DNA of 64,000 bases from positions 128,001 to 192,000 of the forward strand of contig CAWDYC010000003.1 of NCBI GenBank assembly GCA_963806535.1, in the 5' to 3' direction. The stretch's first letter is position 1, and each line of letters begins with the position of its first letter. The translations under genes and the position numbers were made by a program. This DNA comes from Candidatus Bathyarchaeota archaeon (lineage in GTDB: Archaea > Thermoproteota > Bathyarchaeia > Bathyarchaeales > Bathycorpusculaceae). Positions 34,557 to 45,421 of this stretch are shown here, in pieces. The notes beneath the pieces are model-generated. The model was not told the DNA's origin and searched no databases. It saw nothing but the letters and a program-made list of their open reading frames with translations.

Positions 34557-35163
34557 GTGGCCAAAGCAGTCATTTTCGATTACGGAGTAGGCAATTTGCT
34601 AAGTCTGAAAACTGCTTTAGAAAAAGCAGGCTTAGACGACATCAATTGGAACTTCATCAAAAGAATTAGCCGAAGCTGATGCAATAGCTTTGCCAGGTGT
34701 CGGAGCTTTCACTCCAGCAGCGGCTAAACTGAACTCAGTCAAAGAAACGATTGTTGAGAAAATTCAGAGCGGGACTCCAATGATTGGAATTTGTTTGGGT
34801 TTGCAACTTTTCTTTGAAAAAAGTGAAGAAGGACCAGGAAATGGCTTATCTCTCTTCAAGGGCAAAAACGTTAGCTTACCAAATACCGTTAAGGTCCCTC
34901 ATATGGGCTGGAACACGTTAAACATTGTAAAACAAAACGAACTTTTCGACGGCATAGCTGAAGGCTCGTTTGTTTACTTCGTCCACTCACTCTACCCCGT
35001 ACCTGTTGACAAAAAAATTGTTTGCACACAAACAGAATACGGCACAACATTTACTTCAGCAATAGCCAGCAAAAACATCTACGGCACCCAATTTCACCCA
35101 GAAAAATCAGGCGATTTAGGCTTGAAAATCCTCAAAAACTTCGCTAAAGTAGTGGTAAGGTGA
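34557..35163 (+). CDS. hisH: Imidazole glycerol phosphate synthase glutaminase subunit, frameshifted
   Basis: DYGVGN upstream; PGVGAF, GICLGLQ, PHMGWN and QFHPEKS motifs. Confidence 0.94.
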
Positions 35164-35170
35164 TTTTGTT

Positions 35171-35896
35171 ATGCAGTTAATTCCAGCAATTGATCTGATG
35201 AATGGTAAAATTGTGCGTTTATCCAAAGGGGATCCTAAAACTGCCAAAGTTTACGAAGAAAAATTTGGAACCCCATTAGAAGCTGCAAAACGGTGGCGAG
35301 ATGAAGGCGCAGGAAAATTGCACATAATCGATTTAGATGCAGCTTTTGTATTGGGCAATAATCATTCGGTTATCGCTGAGATTGCAAAAAATGTCAAATT
35401 ACCAATTCAAGTCGGCGGCGGAATACGCAACTATGAAACAGCAGAAAAAATCTTCCAAACAGGCATAACCCAAGTAATCCTAGGCGCCTTAGCCTTTAGT
35501 GATCCATCAGCAATCGGAAAATTCAGAATAAATTTGGCAGAGATTCAGTAATTGTTGCTTTGGACAATAAGGAAGGGTATCATTATGGTTGAGGGCTGGA
35601 AAACCGCAACTTCGATGAATGTTGACGAAGCGCTTGAAAAATACACTCAACTCGGTGTAAGTCATTTTCTGATTACGTCTATAGCTCAAGATGGCATGCT
35701 TAGCGGTCCTGATCTACAAACACTCAGTGCAGCCGCCCTGTATCCTAACGCCAAAATCGTCGCGGCAGGCGGAATAGGCAGCTTAGGAGACTTAGTGGCA
35801 CTCAAGGAAATCGGGGTAGAAGGCGCAGTCATCGGAAAAGCCCTCTATGAAGGCAAATTTACTCTAAAAGAAGCAATTAAAATTATAGGAGCCTAA
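35171..35896 (+). CDS. hisA: ProFAR isomerase, frameshifted
   Basis: [27 protein letters not shown] and GKALYEG motifs. Confidence 0.94.
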
Positions 35897-35898
35897 AA

Positions 35899-36702
35899 AT
35901 GCCGTTAGCCAAACGTATTATTCCGTGCCTTGATGTTGATCACGGAAAAGTTGTCAAATGTATAAACTTTCTAAATCCAAAATGTGCAGGCGACCCAGTT
36001 GAAATGGCAAAACAATACTCAGACGAAGGCGCTGACGAACTGGTTTTTCTCGACATTACCGCGTCCTCTGAAAAAAGAGACATTCTCCGAGGCGTTGTCG
36101 AAGGCGTAGCTAAAGCCATTAGTATCCCTTTCACTGTTGGCGGCGGAGTCAGAAATGTTTCTGATGCAAGGTTGGTTTTGTGCAGCGGAGCCGACAAAGT
36201 GTCCGTTAACACAGCAGCCGTGGAAAACCCAAGAGTCATCACTGAATTGGCAGATGTTTTCGGAAGACAATGCGTGGTCTGTGCCATTGATGCAAGAAGA
36301 AATCGTGCACCAATCGAAGGCAAAATTATGATCGATACAGCTGAAGGAAAATTGTGGTTTGAAGTCGTCACTTACGGAGGCCGAAAACCCACAGGAATAG
36401 ACGCAATAGCATGGGCCCAGCATGCAGAAAAGCTTGGAGCAGGAGAGTTCCTTGTAACTTCAATGGATAAGGATGGCACAAAAGACGGCTACGACATCGA
36501 GTTAACCCGAGCAATCTCAGAACGCGTTAACGTTCCAATCATCGCAAGCGGCGGAGCTGGAATCCCCAAACACCTCCTTGATGTATTCACCGAGGGAAAA
36601 GCAGATGCAGCTTTGGCAGCTTCAATTTTCCACTACAACCAGTATCCAGTTCCAATTGTGAAAGAGTACCTGCGTAAAGCCGGGGTGATTATTAGAAAAT
36701 GA
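35899..36702 (+). CDS. hisF: Imidazole glycerol phosphate synthase cyclase subunit
   Basis: [34 protein letters not shown] and AASIFH motifs. Confidence 0.96.
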   Translation: MPLAKRIIPCLDVDHGKVVKCINFLNPKCAGDPVEMAKQYSDEGADELVFLDITASSEKRDILRGVVEGVAKAISIPFTVGGGVRNVSDARLVLCSGADKVSVNTAAVENPRVITELADVFGRQCVVCAIDARRNRAPIEGKIMIDTAEGKLWFEVVTYGGRKPTGIDAIAWAQHAEKLGAGEFLVTSMDKDGTKDGYDIELTRAISERVNVPIIASGGAGIPKHLLDVFTEGKADAALAASIFHYNQYPVPIVKEYLRKAGVIIRK

Positions 36703-37031
36703 CAACAAAAGATGTACTGGAAAAGCTTGATTTCACAAAAGGCAACGGGCTCATTCCTGTGGTTGTTCAAGATGCCAAAACCAAAGAAATACTTATGCAA
36801 GCATACGCGAACCGAGAAGCTGTCGAAAACACACTCAAAACTCTCAAAGCAACATATTGGAGCCGAAGCAGAAACGAACTTTGGGTCAAAGGCGAAACCT
36901 CGGGGCACACCCAAAAAATCATCTCCGTTTCAACAGACTGCGACTACGACTCACTACTCTATGTGGTTGAGCAGACAGGACCCGCATGCCACACTGGCGA
37001 ATACACTTGCTTCTTCAACAAGTTATTATAA
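36699..37031 (+). CDS. hisI: Phosphoribosyl-AMP cyclohydrolase
   Basis: YWSRSR..LW.KGETSGH, DCDYD and ACHTG..TCF motifs. Confidence 0.95.
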   Translation: MTTKDVLEKLDFTKGNGLIPVVVQDAKTKEILMQAYANREAVENTLKTLKATYWSRSRNELWVKGETSGHTQKIISVSTDCDYDSLLYVVEQTGPACHTGEYTCFFNKLL

Positions 37032-37135
37032 AATCGAAGCTCTCAATAATCAAGATTTTTGGTTTCCTATCAACTGTCTCTTCATTATTTTTTCTTGAAA
37101 AGGCTTAAGTCTGCGTAGTTCTTAATTAAAGAACC

Positions 37136-37465
37136 ATGGAAATCGAACTTGAAAAACTGCCAAAGATTCTTAGAAAAAAGGACTTAGAGAAAAATCTAGC
37201 TGAAATTTGCAGAAAAAATAATATTGTTTTTTTGGCAGTCTTTGGGTCTTTTGTCAGAGGCGAACAAAACAGCAAAAGCGATATCGATATTGCCATCGAG
37301 TTTAATAAAAGCAAAAGAAAAACTCTGGTAGACCTCATCCGCTTAGAAGATGAGTTGAGCGGAATTTTCAAAAGAAAAGTCGATTTAGGAATTTTTAGCA
37401 GCTTAAACCCTTACATCGTTGAAGATGTGAAGAAAGAGATGCTCGTTATTTATGAAGAAAAATAG
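37136..37465 (+). CDS. Minimal nucleotidyltransferase (MNT) antitoxin
   Basis: FGSFVRGE...SDIDI and RKVDL motifs. Confidence 0.9.
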   Translation: MEIELEKLPKILRKKDLEKNLAEICRKNNIVFLAVFGSFVRGEQNSKSDIDIAIEFNKSKRKTLVDLIRLEDELSGIFKRKVDLGIFSSLNPYIVEDVKKEMLVIYEEK

Positions 37466-37797
37466 AGTTTACCTAAATCACATTTTAGAAGCAATTTCTG
37501 GGCATAGAAAACTTTTTGCAAGGTGTGTCAGAATAAGAATTTTTCCATAATAGAGAGAAACAATATGCTGTCTTGCGAGCGTTAGAGATAATTGGTGAGG
37601 CAACCAAGAATCTTAATAGTGAGTTAAAGGCAAAAAGACCTGATGGTGATTGGAAAAACATTGCTGGAATGAGGGATAAATTGATTCATGCTTATTTTGG
37701 TGTTAATCTGCCTTTGGTTTGGGAAACTGTAAAAAAAGACCTGCCTCCGCTTAAGAAACAGGCGTCTAAAATACTTGAAGATATTAAGGATTCTTGA
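37452..37797 (+). CDS. HEPN (DUF86) toxin, frameshifted
   Basis: LEIIGEA and RDKLIHAY (Rx4H) motifs; overlaps the MNT gene. Confidence 0.88.
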
Positions 37798-37857
37798 TAG
37801 CAAGCTCTTGTAGTTAATCCTTTTAAACAAAAATGACGTCTAGTCTTCTGGAGAGTT

Positions 37858-38922
37858 ATGAGAAAAATGTCGCTTCATGAAGCCATGCTTTATGAAAAGC
37901 AAGCTGAAAACAAAGTAAAATGCTGTTTATGCGCCCGACGCTGCCTCATAAACGATGATGGGCAAGGATTCTGTTTAGTAAGAAAAAACCAAGGCGGCAC
38001 ACTCTACTCACTTAATTATGCCAAAGCAGTTTCCGCCGGCGTCGACCCGATTAGCAAAAAACCACTTTCACATTTCAACCCAGGCGCATTAGTTATGTCT
38101 GTTGCGGCGGCAGGCTGCAATTTCCGCTGCCAATTCTGTGACAACTGGATGATAAGCCAAGACAAAGAAATCTCCGGCAAGCTTTTTCCTCCAGAAGAAG
38201 TAGTCAAGTCTGCTCTGGATAACCAATGCCAAGGAATAAGCTACACATACACTGAACCAACCATTTTCATGGAGTACGCATATGACACAGCTAAGCTTGC
38301 GCATGAAAAGGGTTTGTTTAACACATTTGTCACGAACGGGTACATGACGCCTGAAGCCGTAAAAACTATCGCGCCTTATCTGGATGCAGTAACAGTTGAT
38401 TTTAAAGGCGGAGCAGATCCCGACTTCTACAAGTCCGTAATGGCCGTGCCCAGTGTTGAACCAATTTATGAAAGCCTAAAAGAACTAAAGCTAAACGGCG
38501 TCCACATAGAGATTACCAATTTGATTGTTCCGAAAACAGGCGACTCCATGGACAGAATACGGGCAATGGCAATTTGGATCAGAGATTACTTGGGCAAAGA
38601 CACGCCTTTTCATCTGCTTCGTTTTCATCCAGAATATAAATTGACGACAATTCCCGCGACCAGCGTTGAGGAAATGGAAAGAGCACTATTGACCGCAAAG
38701 AACCAAGGACTAAATTATGTTTACATTGGAAACGTACCTGGACACCCTGGTGAGAACACTTATTGCCCAAACTGTGATACAGCAGTTATAAAACGCAACA
38801 GCTTCGACATCATCCAGTGGAACCTAACTCCAGACATGCGATGCCCAGTCTGTGGAAACCAAATCCCAATCAAAGGCAAAGTCTACCAAAACAACCTACG
38901 CTACCCCTACTCACTTTTTTAG
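37858..38922 (+). CDS. AmmeMemoRadiSam-system radical SAM enzyme
   Basis: DPISKKPL.HF.PG, CNFRCQFCDN, YTYTEP, RFHP and YIGNV...TYCP motifs. Confidence 0.92.
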   Translation: MRKMSLHEAMLYEKQAENKVKCCLCARRCLINDDGQGFCLVRKNQGGTLYSLNYAKAVSAGVDPISKKPLSHFNPGALVMSVAAAGCNFRCQFCDNWMISQDKEISGKLFPPEEVVKSALDNQCQGISYTYTEPTIFMEYAYDTAKLAHEKGLFNTFVTNGYMTPEAVKTIAPYLDAVTVDFKGGADPDFYKSVMAVPSVEPIYESLKELKLNGVHIEITNLIVPKTGDSMDRIRAMAIWIRDYLGKDTPFHLLRFHPEYKLTTIPATSVEEMERALLTAKNQGLNYVYIGNVPGHPGENTYCPNCDTAVIKRNSFDIIQWNLTPDMRCPVCGNQIPIKGKVYQNNLRYPYSLF

Positions 38923-39365
38923 CACATTTTTTCTTTGTGTTTTAGATTGGTTTCTTAATTTGAAGCTTGTTTCGTTTGCAGGTTGCGTCTTTAAATGTAA
39001 GAAAATGGAAAAATCTGGAAGAATCTGGAAAAAAAAGGAAGAAATAAATGGCGTAAACTTTCAAGAAATGAAGCTTAAGCGTCTCTACTGCATTTTCTTA
39101 CGCAAATTTGTTTTTGTGTTTCAGGCTGTATTCTTGGTTTGGAGCTTGATTCGTTTGCAGGTTGCGTCCCTAAACGCAAGAAAATGCAAGAAAAAGGAAA
39201 AAAATGGAAGAATCAATTATTGACGGTTTTTTGTGCAGTTTCTGCTCTCTTTGTTTTGAGTTGTTTTCTTGTTTTAAAACTTGTTTTGTCTTTAGGATGC
39301 GTCACTATCCGTCTCTAAACGTCACAGAAAGTCACTAAACGTCACCAAAAGTCACTGAAAGTCAA
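38923..39365 (-). repeat. Three tandem copies (C, D, E) of the 10-bp-period element, inverted relative to copies A and B
   Basis: GTTTGCAGGTTGCGTC at 38974 and 39153, variant at 39288; each followed on + by 10-bp-spaced GGA/GCA/GTC units. Confidence 0.85.
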
Positions 39366-39398
39366 AAATGTGCAATTTTTTTGCCGAAGAAAAGTAAC

Positions 39399-39644
39399 TT
39401 AACACAAAGTGCAAATTATGAAATAATCCCTAAAGTTATCGATTTCTAAATTGTGACTTCTAACGTAATCTTGCAACTCATTAAAATCTGATTCCTTAGC
39501 TATAGCCGTATCAGTCAGGACAACGTAACCGTCGGTTTTAAAGTCCCAGATTCCCCATTCGATGAATCCTTTGAACACCTTTGGATGATAAGTGCGAAAT
39601 TTCTTGGAGACCTCAATAGCGTCTTCAAAATCCATGCAAACCAA
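39399..39644 (-). CDS. Hypothetical protein
   Basis: 81-aa ORF with normal composition. Confidence 0.55.
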   Translation of the reverse strand: MVCMDFEDAIEVSKKFRTYHPKVFKGFIEWGIWDFKTDGYVVLTDTAIAKESDFNELQDYVRSHNLEIDNFRDYFIICTLC

Positions 39645-39781
39645 CCTTATGAATAATAATACTGTTTTGTGTATATTTTAAAGTGTTGTGACTACAATAT
39701 GTGACAACTTTATTAACTTTTCAAATTGCAGCGTCTTTAGCCGAAAAAAATTGGCTACGAGTCCAACTTTTCACGAAATAG

Positions 39782-39827
39782 AGAAGGAGGGAGAAAGATT
39801 AAATTTTAATCTTTTTCCCCTGCTTCT
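39782..39827. repeat. Long imperfect inverted repeat centred on GATTAAATTTTAATC
   Basis: agaaggagggagaaagattaaa / tttaatctttttcccctgcttct; the same 15-bp core recurs at 41043. Confidence 0.65.
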
Positions 39828-40221
39828 AACTAACTACTACTGACTACTTCTCTCATCTAACTACTCTCCCCTACTCTCTCTCCTTTAGCACACATAAGAC
39901 AGACAAACAAAGACAAACAGACATGCTGAAATAGTGAAGCAAAAACACCTCGCTTAGTGAGGAACATCACCCTAAAGGGCACCCCCCTCACAAGCAAGGG
40001 CTCTGTTTTTTCACAACAAAGCCGGTTTACGAAGAAAGAAAGCGTGGTTTAAAGTCTAAAATATTAAGCAATTCGCTACTTCTTTTTATTTAGTCTAACT
40101 TACCGCGCAATAGGGCTACTTCAGGCTTTTCTAGCAAACTTTTTTATATTTATTGAAACAAACTAAGCGAGTTATGGCACGTATCAATAGCGTGCTACCG
40201 AAGAAACATTAAGGGATAAAC

Positions 40222-40725
40222 ATGAAAGTCAAAGTTTGGAAGCTTCTAGGTTTAATGCTCATTGCGATTTTTGCTTTGTCAGCAGCCAACGCAAGTGCAA
40301 CACCTACTATGTCAAGTATGGCTGGTACGTATGTCGAACAAACTTCAAGCGGAACAGGATACAATATAATTCTTTATGAAAATGGCACAGCACTATTTAG
40401 TACACATTCCGGCACATGGGCTATAACCAACTCAACCACTTTCGAAGGCATATATAGCGTACTAGGCATAACTCAAGACGATTATTTCACAATCACAAAC
40501 AACGGTTTCACCGCAGTTCAAACAGGAAACGTGTACGTTAAAACTACGTCTGCGTCATCAAGCCCAACTGCATCTGCTTCCGCTAGCCCGACAACTTCTG
40601 CAACTTCTACTCCGACAGTACCTGAGTTCAGCAACGCAGCACTCATTTCAGTTGCGGCAGCAATAATGGCTGTAACCTTATGCACAGTTGCATTGAAAGC
40701 GAACAAAAAAACCTCCCCAAGATAA
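40222..40725 (+). CDS. Small secreted surface protein with PEF-type sorting tail
   Basis: Signal peptide, S/T/P linker, VPEFS, TM helix and basic tail. Confidence 0.82.
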   Translation: MKVKVWKLLGLMLIAIFALSAANASATPTMSSMAGTYVEQTSSGTGYNIILYENGTALFSTHSGTWAITNSTTFEGIYSVLGITQDDYFTITNNGFTAVQTGNVYVKTTSASSSPTASASASPTTSATSTPTVPEFSNAALISVAAAIMAVTLCTVALKANKKTSPR

Positions 40726-41089
40726 AATAGATGAAACTGCATAATAAAAAACTGAAAGTTCTCCTTTCTTTTTTTACATTAACGAATTTCGGGACAAGCC
40801 AGCGCGCTTGACCGAAGCTTTTCATATCTTTGCTCTATTGACGTTTTCCCTGAAGTCTTTCTCATCCAGAAACTGCGCGTTAGGGCTGATAAAGCTCATT
40901 ACGCGCGTCGAAAAAAGGGGTAGGTACCTACCTTAGTACTAGGTATTAGGTACTATCAAGTATCTTGCCCTGCTTTTATTCAAGTAAAACAGCGTAGTAT
41001 TCTGCTCTGTTCAGCGTATTCAGTATCAGTTTTGGTGGTGGTGATTAAATTTTAATCCCACAAAGCAAAAAACCTGAGATTTAAGTCCT

Positions 41090-41166
41090 AGAAATTAGTC
41101 TTATTAAGGCTGAGCAGAACTGAATCTATGAAAGTGCCCAGCTGATGACCAAGTACTCTGCATTGG
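41090..41166 (+). repeat. 77-bp direct repeat, copy 1
   Basis: Identical to 44410-44486 except for one C/T difference. Confidence 0.95.
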
Positions 41167-44034
41167 GCAAATAGAATTTCGCGTTTTTTGTGTTTCATTT
41201 TTGTTTAACTTTCGGTTTTTGAAACCAAGAATAAAAATACTTGAAATTGCTAACGTGATGAATAATAACAACGCTACTGACGGAAACTCTGGGACAGTGG
41301 CTGGAGAAGTAGTAGGCTGTAATTGGGTCGGCTGGGAAGTTGCTGAAGGCGCGATTGTAGATTTAGGTGAAGTGGTTGGAGTGACTGTTGGAGCAACTGT
41401 TGGTGAAGTTGAAGGAGTTGCTGTCGGAGTGCTCCTAAAGCAATAACTACGGTATGGCTACTATGATGGTACGTAAAAGTTATTATCCAATTATTTCCCT
41501 CTAAAAAGGAATTATAATTAATTGTAGCAGTGTCTAACATGACATTGAGCTTCGAAATATCTGGGATAAGTGATTGTGGAATGCAAACTTGGGTACAGCC
41601 TGTTGTTCCCGCAGTTCCCGAAACGCCGAAGCTTAATTCGTTTGTTGTTGAGTCAAATGTTAAGCTTGTTAGCGTTGAATTTGAAGTTACAGAGAAAACA
41701 TTTTGATTCTTGATTATTAAAAGGTGCAATTGCAAAGTTGTTTGTCGCACTTACATCAGAGTAAACGCCGTTTCCTGGACAAGTCGCTTTTATGATATAG
41801 TTGCCTGAAGCAGAAGGCATCCAAACTACAGAGAAACTTCCATTATCGCCTGTGTCCACATAAGCTAAATCTTGCCAAGTTGATCCAGCTGTTACACTAT
41901 AGGATAACTGTATTCCAGTGTAAGATATGGCTGTTCCATTATACGTTAAATTACCTTGAATTTCAACGTTAAATCTGGAATTTGTGGTTGAGCTAATGCA
42001 ATCAAAGGATAAACTAGGAGACGGCAAAATTGGTGTAGGCGTGGGCGTTGGAGTTGGGATTGGAAGAGTAATAAGTGTTGTTTGGTTTCTCGATGGCAAA
42101 TAATGTAAGGTGTTGTTCACAAAGTTTTGTCCAGGAAAGTTAAGGCTTAGCGTCCATGTACCGCTCTCTGTTGGAGTAAAACTGAGGTTTAGAGAGCCAT
42201 CGGAGTTGGAGTTCAAAAGGTTGTTTATGACAGTTCCATCTGGGCTTGTTATTGAGAATGTAATATTGTTAAAGACTGAGGATGTTGGCGGTGCAGGTAT
42301 AACTGACATATTGACATGGACATTTTGATAGATTTGAACTGGGTTAGGAGCTGCGTTTAGTTTGCATTGGGTCGTTATGGGTTGTTCAATGGGAGTGGGA
42401 CTAGGTGTAGGCGATGGAGTTGGAGAAGCGGTTGGCGAAACAGTTGGAGTAGGTGATGGAGTAGAAGAAGGAGTTGGAGTTACAGTTGGACTAGGAGTGG
42501 GAGAAGGCGATAAAGAACCAAAAGCGTATACATTGCCATCGCTTGAGCCCACGTAGACAATACCATCGGCAATAGCTGGAGACGACCAACCCACAGAGCC
42601 GCCCGTTTGGTAACTCCACAAGCTGTTTCCGATGGAAGTACCAAAGGCAAAGAAAGTTCCATTATTTCCACCTATGTAGACCGAACCATCGGTTACAGCA
42701 GGCGAAGAAAATTCCACACCACTTGTTGGGAAATTCCACAACACATCTCCGCTTGAAACGCTCAACGCATAAATTTGACCCCCACCCCCGTTGCTGGAAG
42801 AACCCACGTAAATAACACCGTTAGCAATGGCGGGAGATGAAAAAACTGAGCCATCTGTTTTGTAGCTCCATATTTTGCTTCCAGTAGAAGCGTTCAAAGC
42901 GTAAATGCTTCCATAGCCTGATGTGTCGCCGCCGATGTAAACTACGCCATTGACAACCGCAGGAGACGAACAAACTATGTCACCTGCTACGTAACTCCAC
43001 AGCTTAAGCCCCGTATTAGCATTCAATGCATAAACAGTCCCATCGCTCGCACCTACGTAAACTATTCCGCCGACCACAGCTGGAGATGAGCGCACAGCCC
43101 CGCTGCCCGTTGCGTAGTTCCACAACCTAGCTCCAGTCGATGCATTTAAAGCGTAAACACTCGCATCGTAAGATCCTATAAAGACTACTCCGTTCACAAC
43201 AGCGGGAGATGACTCAAGGTTACTACCTGTTTGATAGCTCCACAACTTGGCCCCAGTATAAGCATTTAAGGCATAAACTATTCCGTCCCACGAACCCACG
43301 TAAACCACACCGTTGACTACAGCAGGACTAGAGTCCACCGAACCATCAGTTTGGTAACCCCACAGCTTAGCCCCCGTAAAAGCATCCAAAGCGTAAACCC
43401 ATTTGTCCCCTGTGCCTATGTAGACTAAGCCTCCAGCTACTGCAGGAGAAGAAGTAATGAAGCTACCCGTTCCGTAAGTCCATAAAGTTTGGCTTGTAGT
43501 AGGACCAGAAGATGTAGAATAACCAGAATGGGCTACCCCATTGTGGAACATAGTCCAGGATTCAGGGTCCACTCTTACCAACAAATCACTGCCTCCAACA
43601 CTCGGACTGTTATTTGAGTCTCCGCTATAAGAGGCCATGACGCTCACAATTCCAGAATTCGTTTCAGTGAATACCGTCGTAGAATTCCCAGAAATTAGTG
43701 GTGTTAAGATAGAGCTGAACATACCTGTGTTGCTTGTTGTGGTCCAGTTTATTGTTCCCGTGGGATTGGACCCAGACACTGTAGCAGTGCAGATAACACC
43801 AGAACCAACGAAAGCAGGATTAGGAGAACAGGAAACAGACAAGAAAGAAAGCGTTTGCCCCAGCGAATCAAAACCAGATACTTTGGCATTAGATGAACCC
43901 GCATAGACTATGCCGTTTGCAATAGCGGGTGAATTGTCTCCCAACGCCATTTTGAAAGACCCACTAAAACCAAAAAACAACGAACATAACAAAAGAGTAG
44001 TCAAAAACAAGGTGAACCAGTAATTTTTTCTCAT
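41104..44034 (-). CDS. Secreted PQQ-like beta-propeller surface protein with PT linkers and PEF-type tail, frameshifted (3' end approximate)
   Basis: WTMFHNG, eight SSPA..GVVYVGS repeats and PT linkers; VPEFPS and TM helix read near 41230-41300. Confidence 0.85.
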
Positions 44035-44409
44035 TTTCCTTTTCCCCGAGGCATACGTTCACATCAATTTGAACAAGTGAACAAGCGCTACTTAGTCACT
44101 TCAGTTTAAGAACTATTAAAGGCTTATTTCAAATATCATAATATCGAGTTCTCGTTTAACAGTTATCTCTAAAACATTTCAAGTGATAATAAGTTGCAGA
44201 TTCTACTCGTAACCTTTGATAATCAAGATTACGGTTATTTGTGTTCAGGCTGGAATATTTACACTTTAGATAACCCTAACAGCAACAGACTTTGGAATTA
44301 CCCAACAAGCAACCTTAATAACGATATACTAATAGAAGCCGATACTCTCAGCAAAACAAAATGCGACGAACATCAAATCGTTTTTCGAGAGAGAAAGAGA
44401 AAAAAAATC

Positions 44410-44486
44410 AGAAATTAGTCTTATTAAGGCTGAGCAGAACTGAATCTATGAAAGTGCCCAGCTGATGACTAAGTACTCTGCATTGG
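44410..44486 (+). repeat. 77-bp direct repeat, copy 2 (contains the start of the cofE-like gene)
   Basis: Matches 41090-41166. Confidence 0.95.
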
Positions 44487-45315
44487 CGTTAACAACCAGT
44501 TACTGGAAACCCGGCGACAACTACATCGACAAAATAACAAGCGCTTTAAATGGCAAAATTGAAAATGGCGATTTTGTTGTTGTTTCAGAGAAGGCAATTT
44601 CAACAGCGTTAGGCAACATGGTTGATGAAAGCAATGTAAAACCAAACCTAAACGCAAAGTTTATGGCTCATTATTGGATGAGACTTGTCTGGGGCTATCC
44701 TCTTGGAATATTAAGCCACTTTGGTCCACGTCTACTTGCACAGATTAAGGAAGTATCCGCTTGAGTCTGGCAGCCGCCACAAACAAGTAGCTCTTCAATA
44801 TGCGGGTTTTTGGCAAGTCGCTCATGTTTGGTTCTGAAGGAGGAATCGACGGCTCCAACCTACCCTACTCATATCGTGAGCTTGCCACTGAAAAATCGCA
44901 GATGAAATAGCGAAAAAAATTCAAAAAGAAATTCGGTTGAAATTGCAGAAAGAGTGTTTGCGTTATAATTGCTGACACAGATAAAACTTACAGGTTCAGG
45001 AATTTCTTTTTTACTCCAAGACCAAAACCGCTCAAAGGCATACATTCATTCGGCGGAGCCGCCACGTACATTATTGGTCGGATCTTAAATTTCAAAAAAA
45101 GTTCAACCCCACTGGCGGTTGCAGGCTGCAATCTTCAGGCAAGCGAAGCGTTAACCATCACCAACATAGCTGACAAAGCCAGAGGACCAGGTTCAGGCGC
45201 TACAGTTTGGGATATGGCAGCAAGGTTTCAAGTGGACATTAACGGTGTAAGCTGGGAAATGCTGTCCAAAATCAGGCATAAACCATTAGTTATTGTTAGA
45301 AAAAAATTAGCTTAA
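44465..45315 (+). CDS. Coenzyme F420-0:L-glutamate ligase-like protein, heavily frameshifted
   Basis: W.PGD, GDFVVVSEKAIS, EGGIDGSNLP and IIADTD motifs. Confidence 0.75.
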
Positions 45316-45421
45316 CAAATGCAAAAAGAAACAAATAATAGTTTAGTTGAAAGAACCTTTTGGTATAGTAAAACATAAAAACGTGGCTTGAACGCTCATA
45401 GCGGAACGGTGGAAAATAGTT

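Noticed and set aside
37136-37465. MNT as the missing CD-NTase for the island system
   Set aside because: It is a minimal nucleotidyltransferase paired with HEPN, 21 kb away, and is a standard toxin-antitoxin module.
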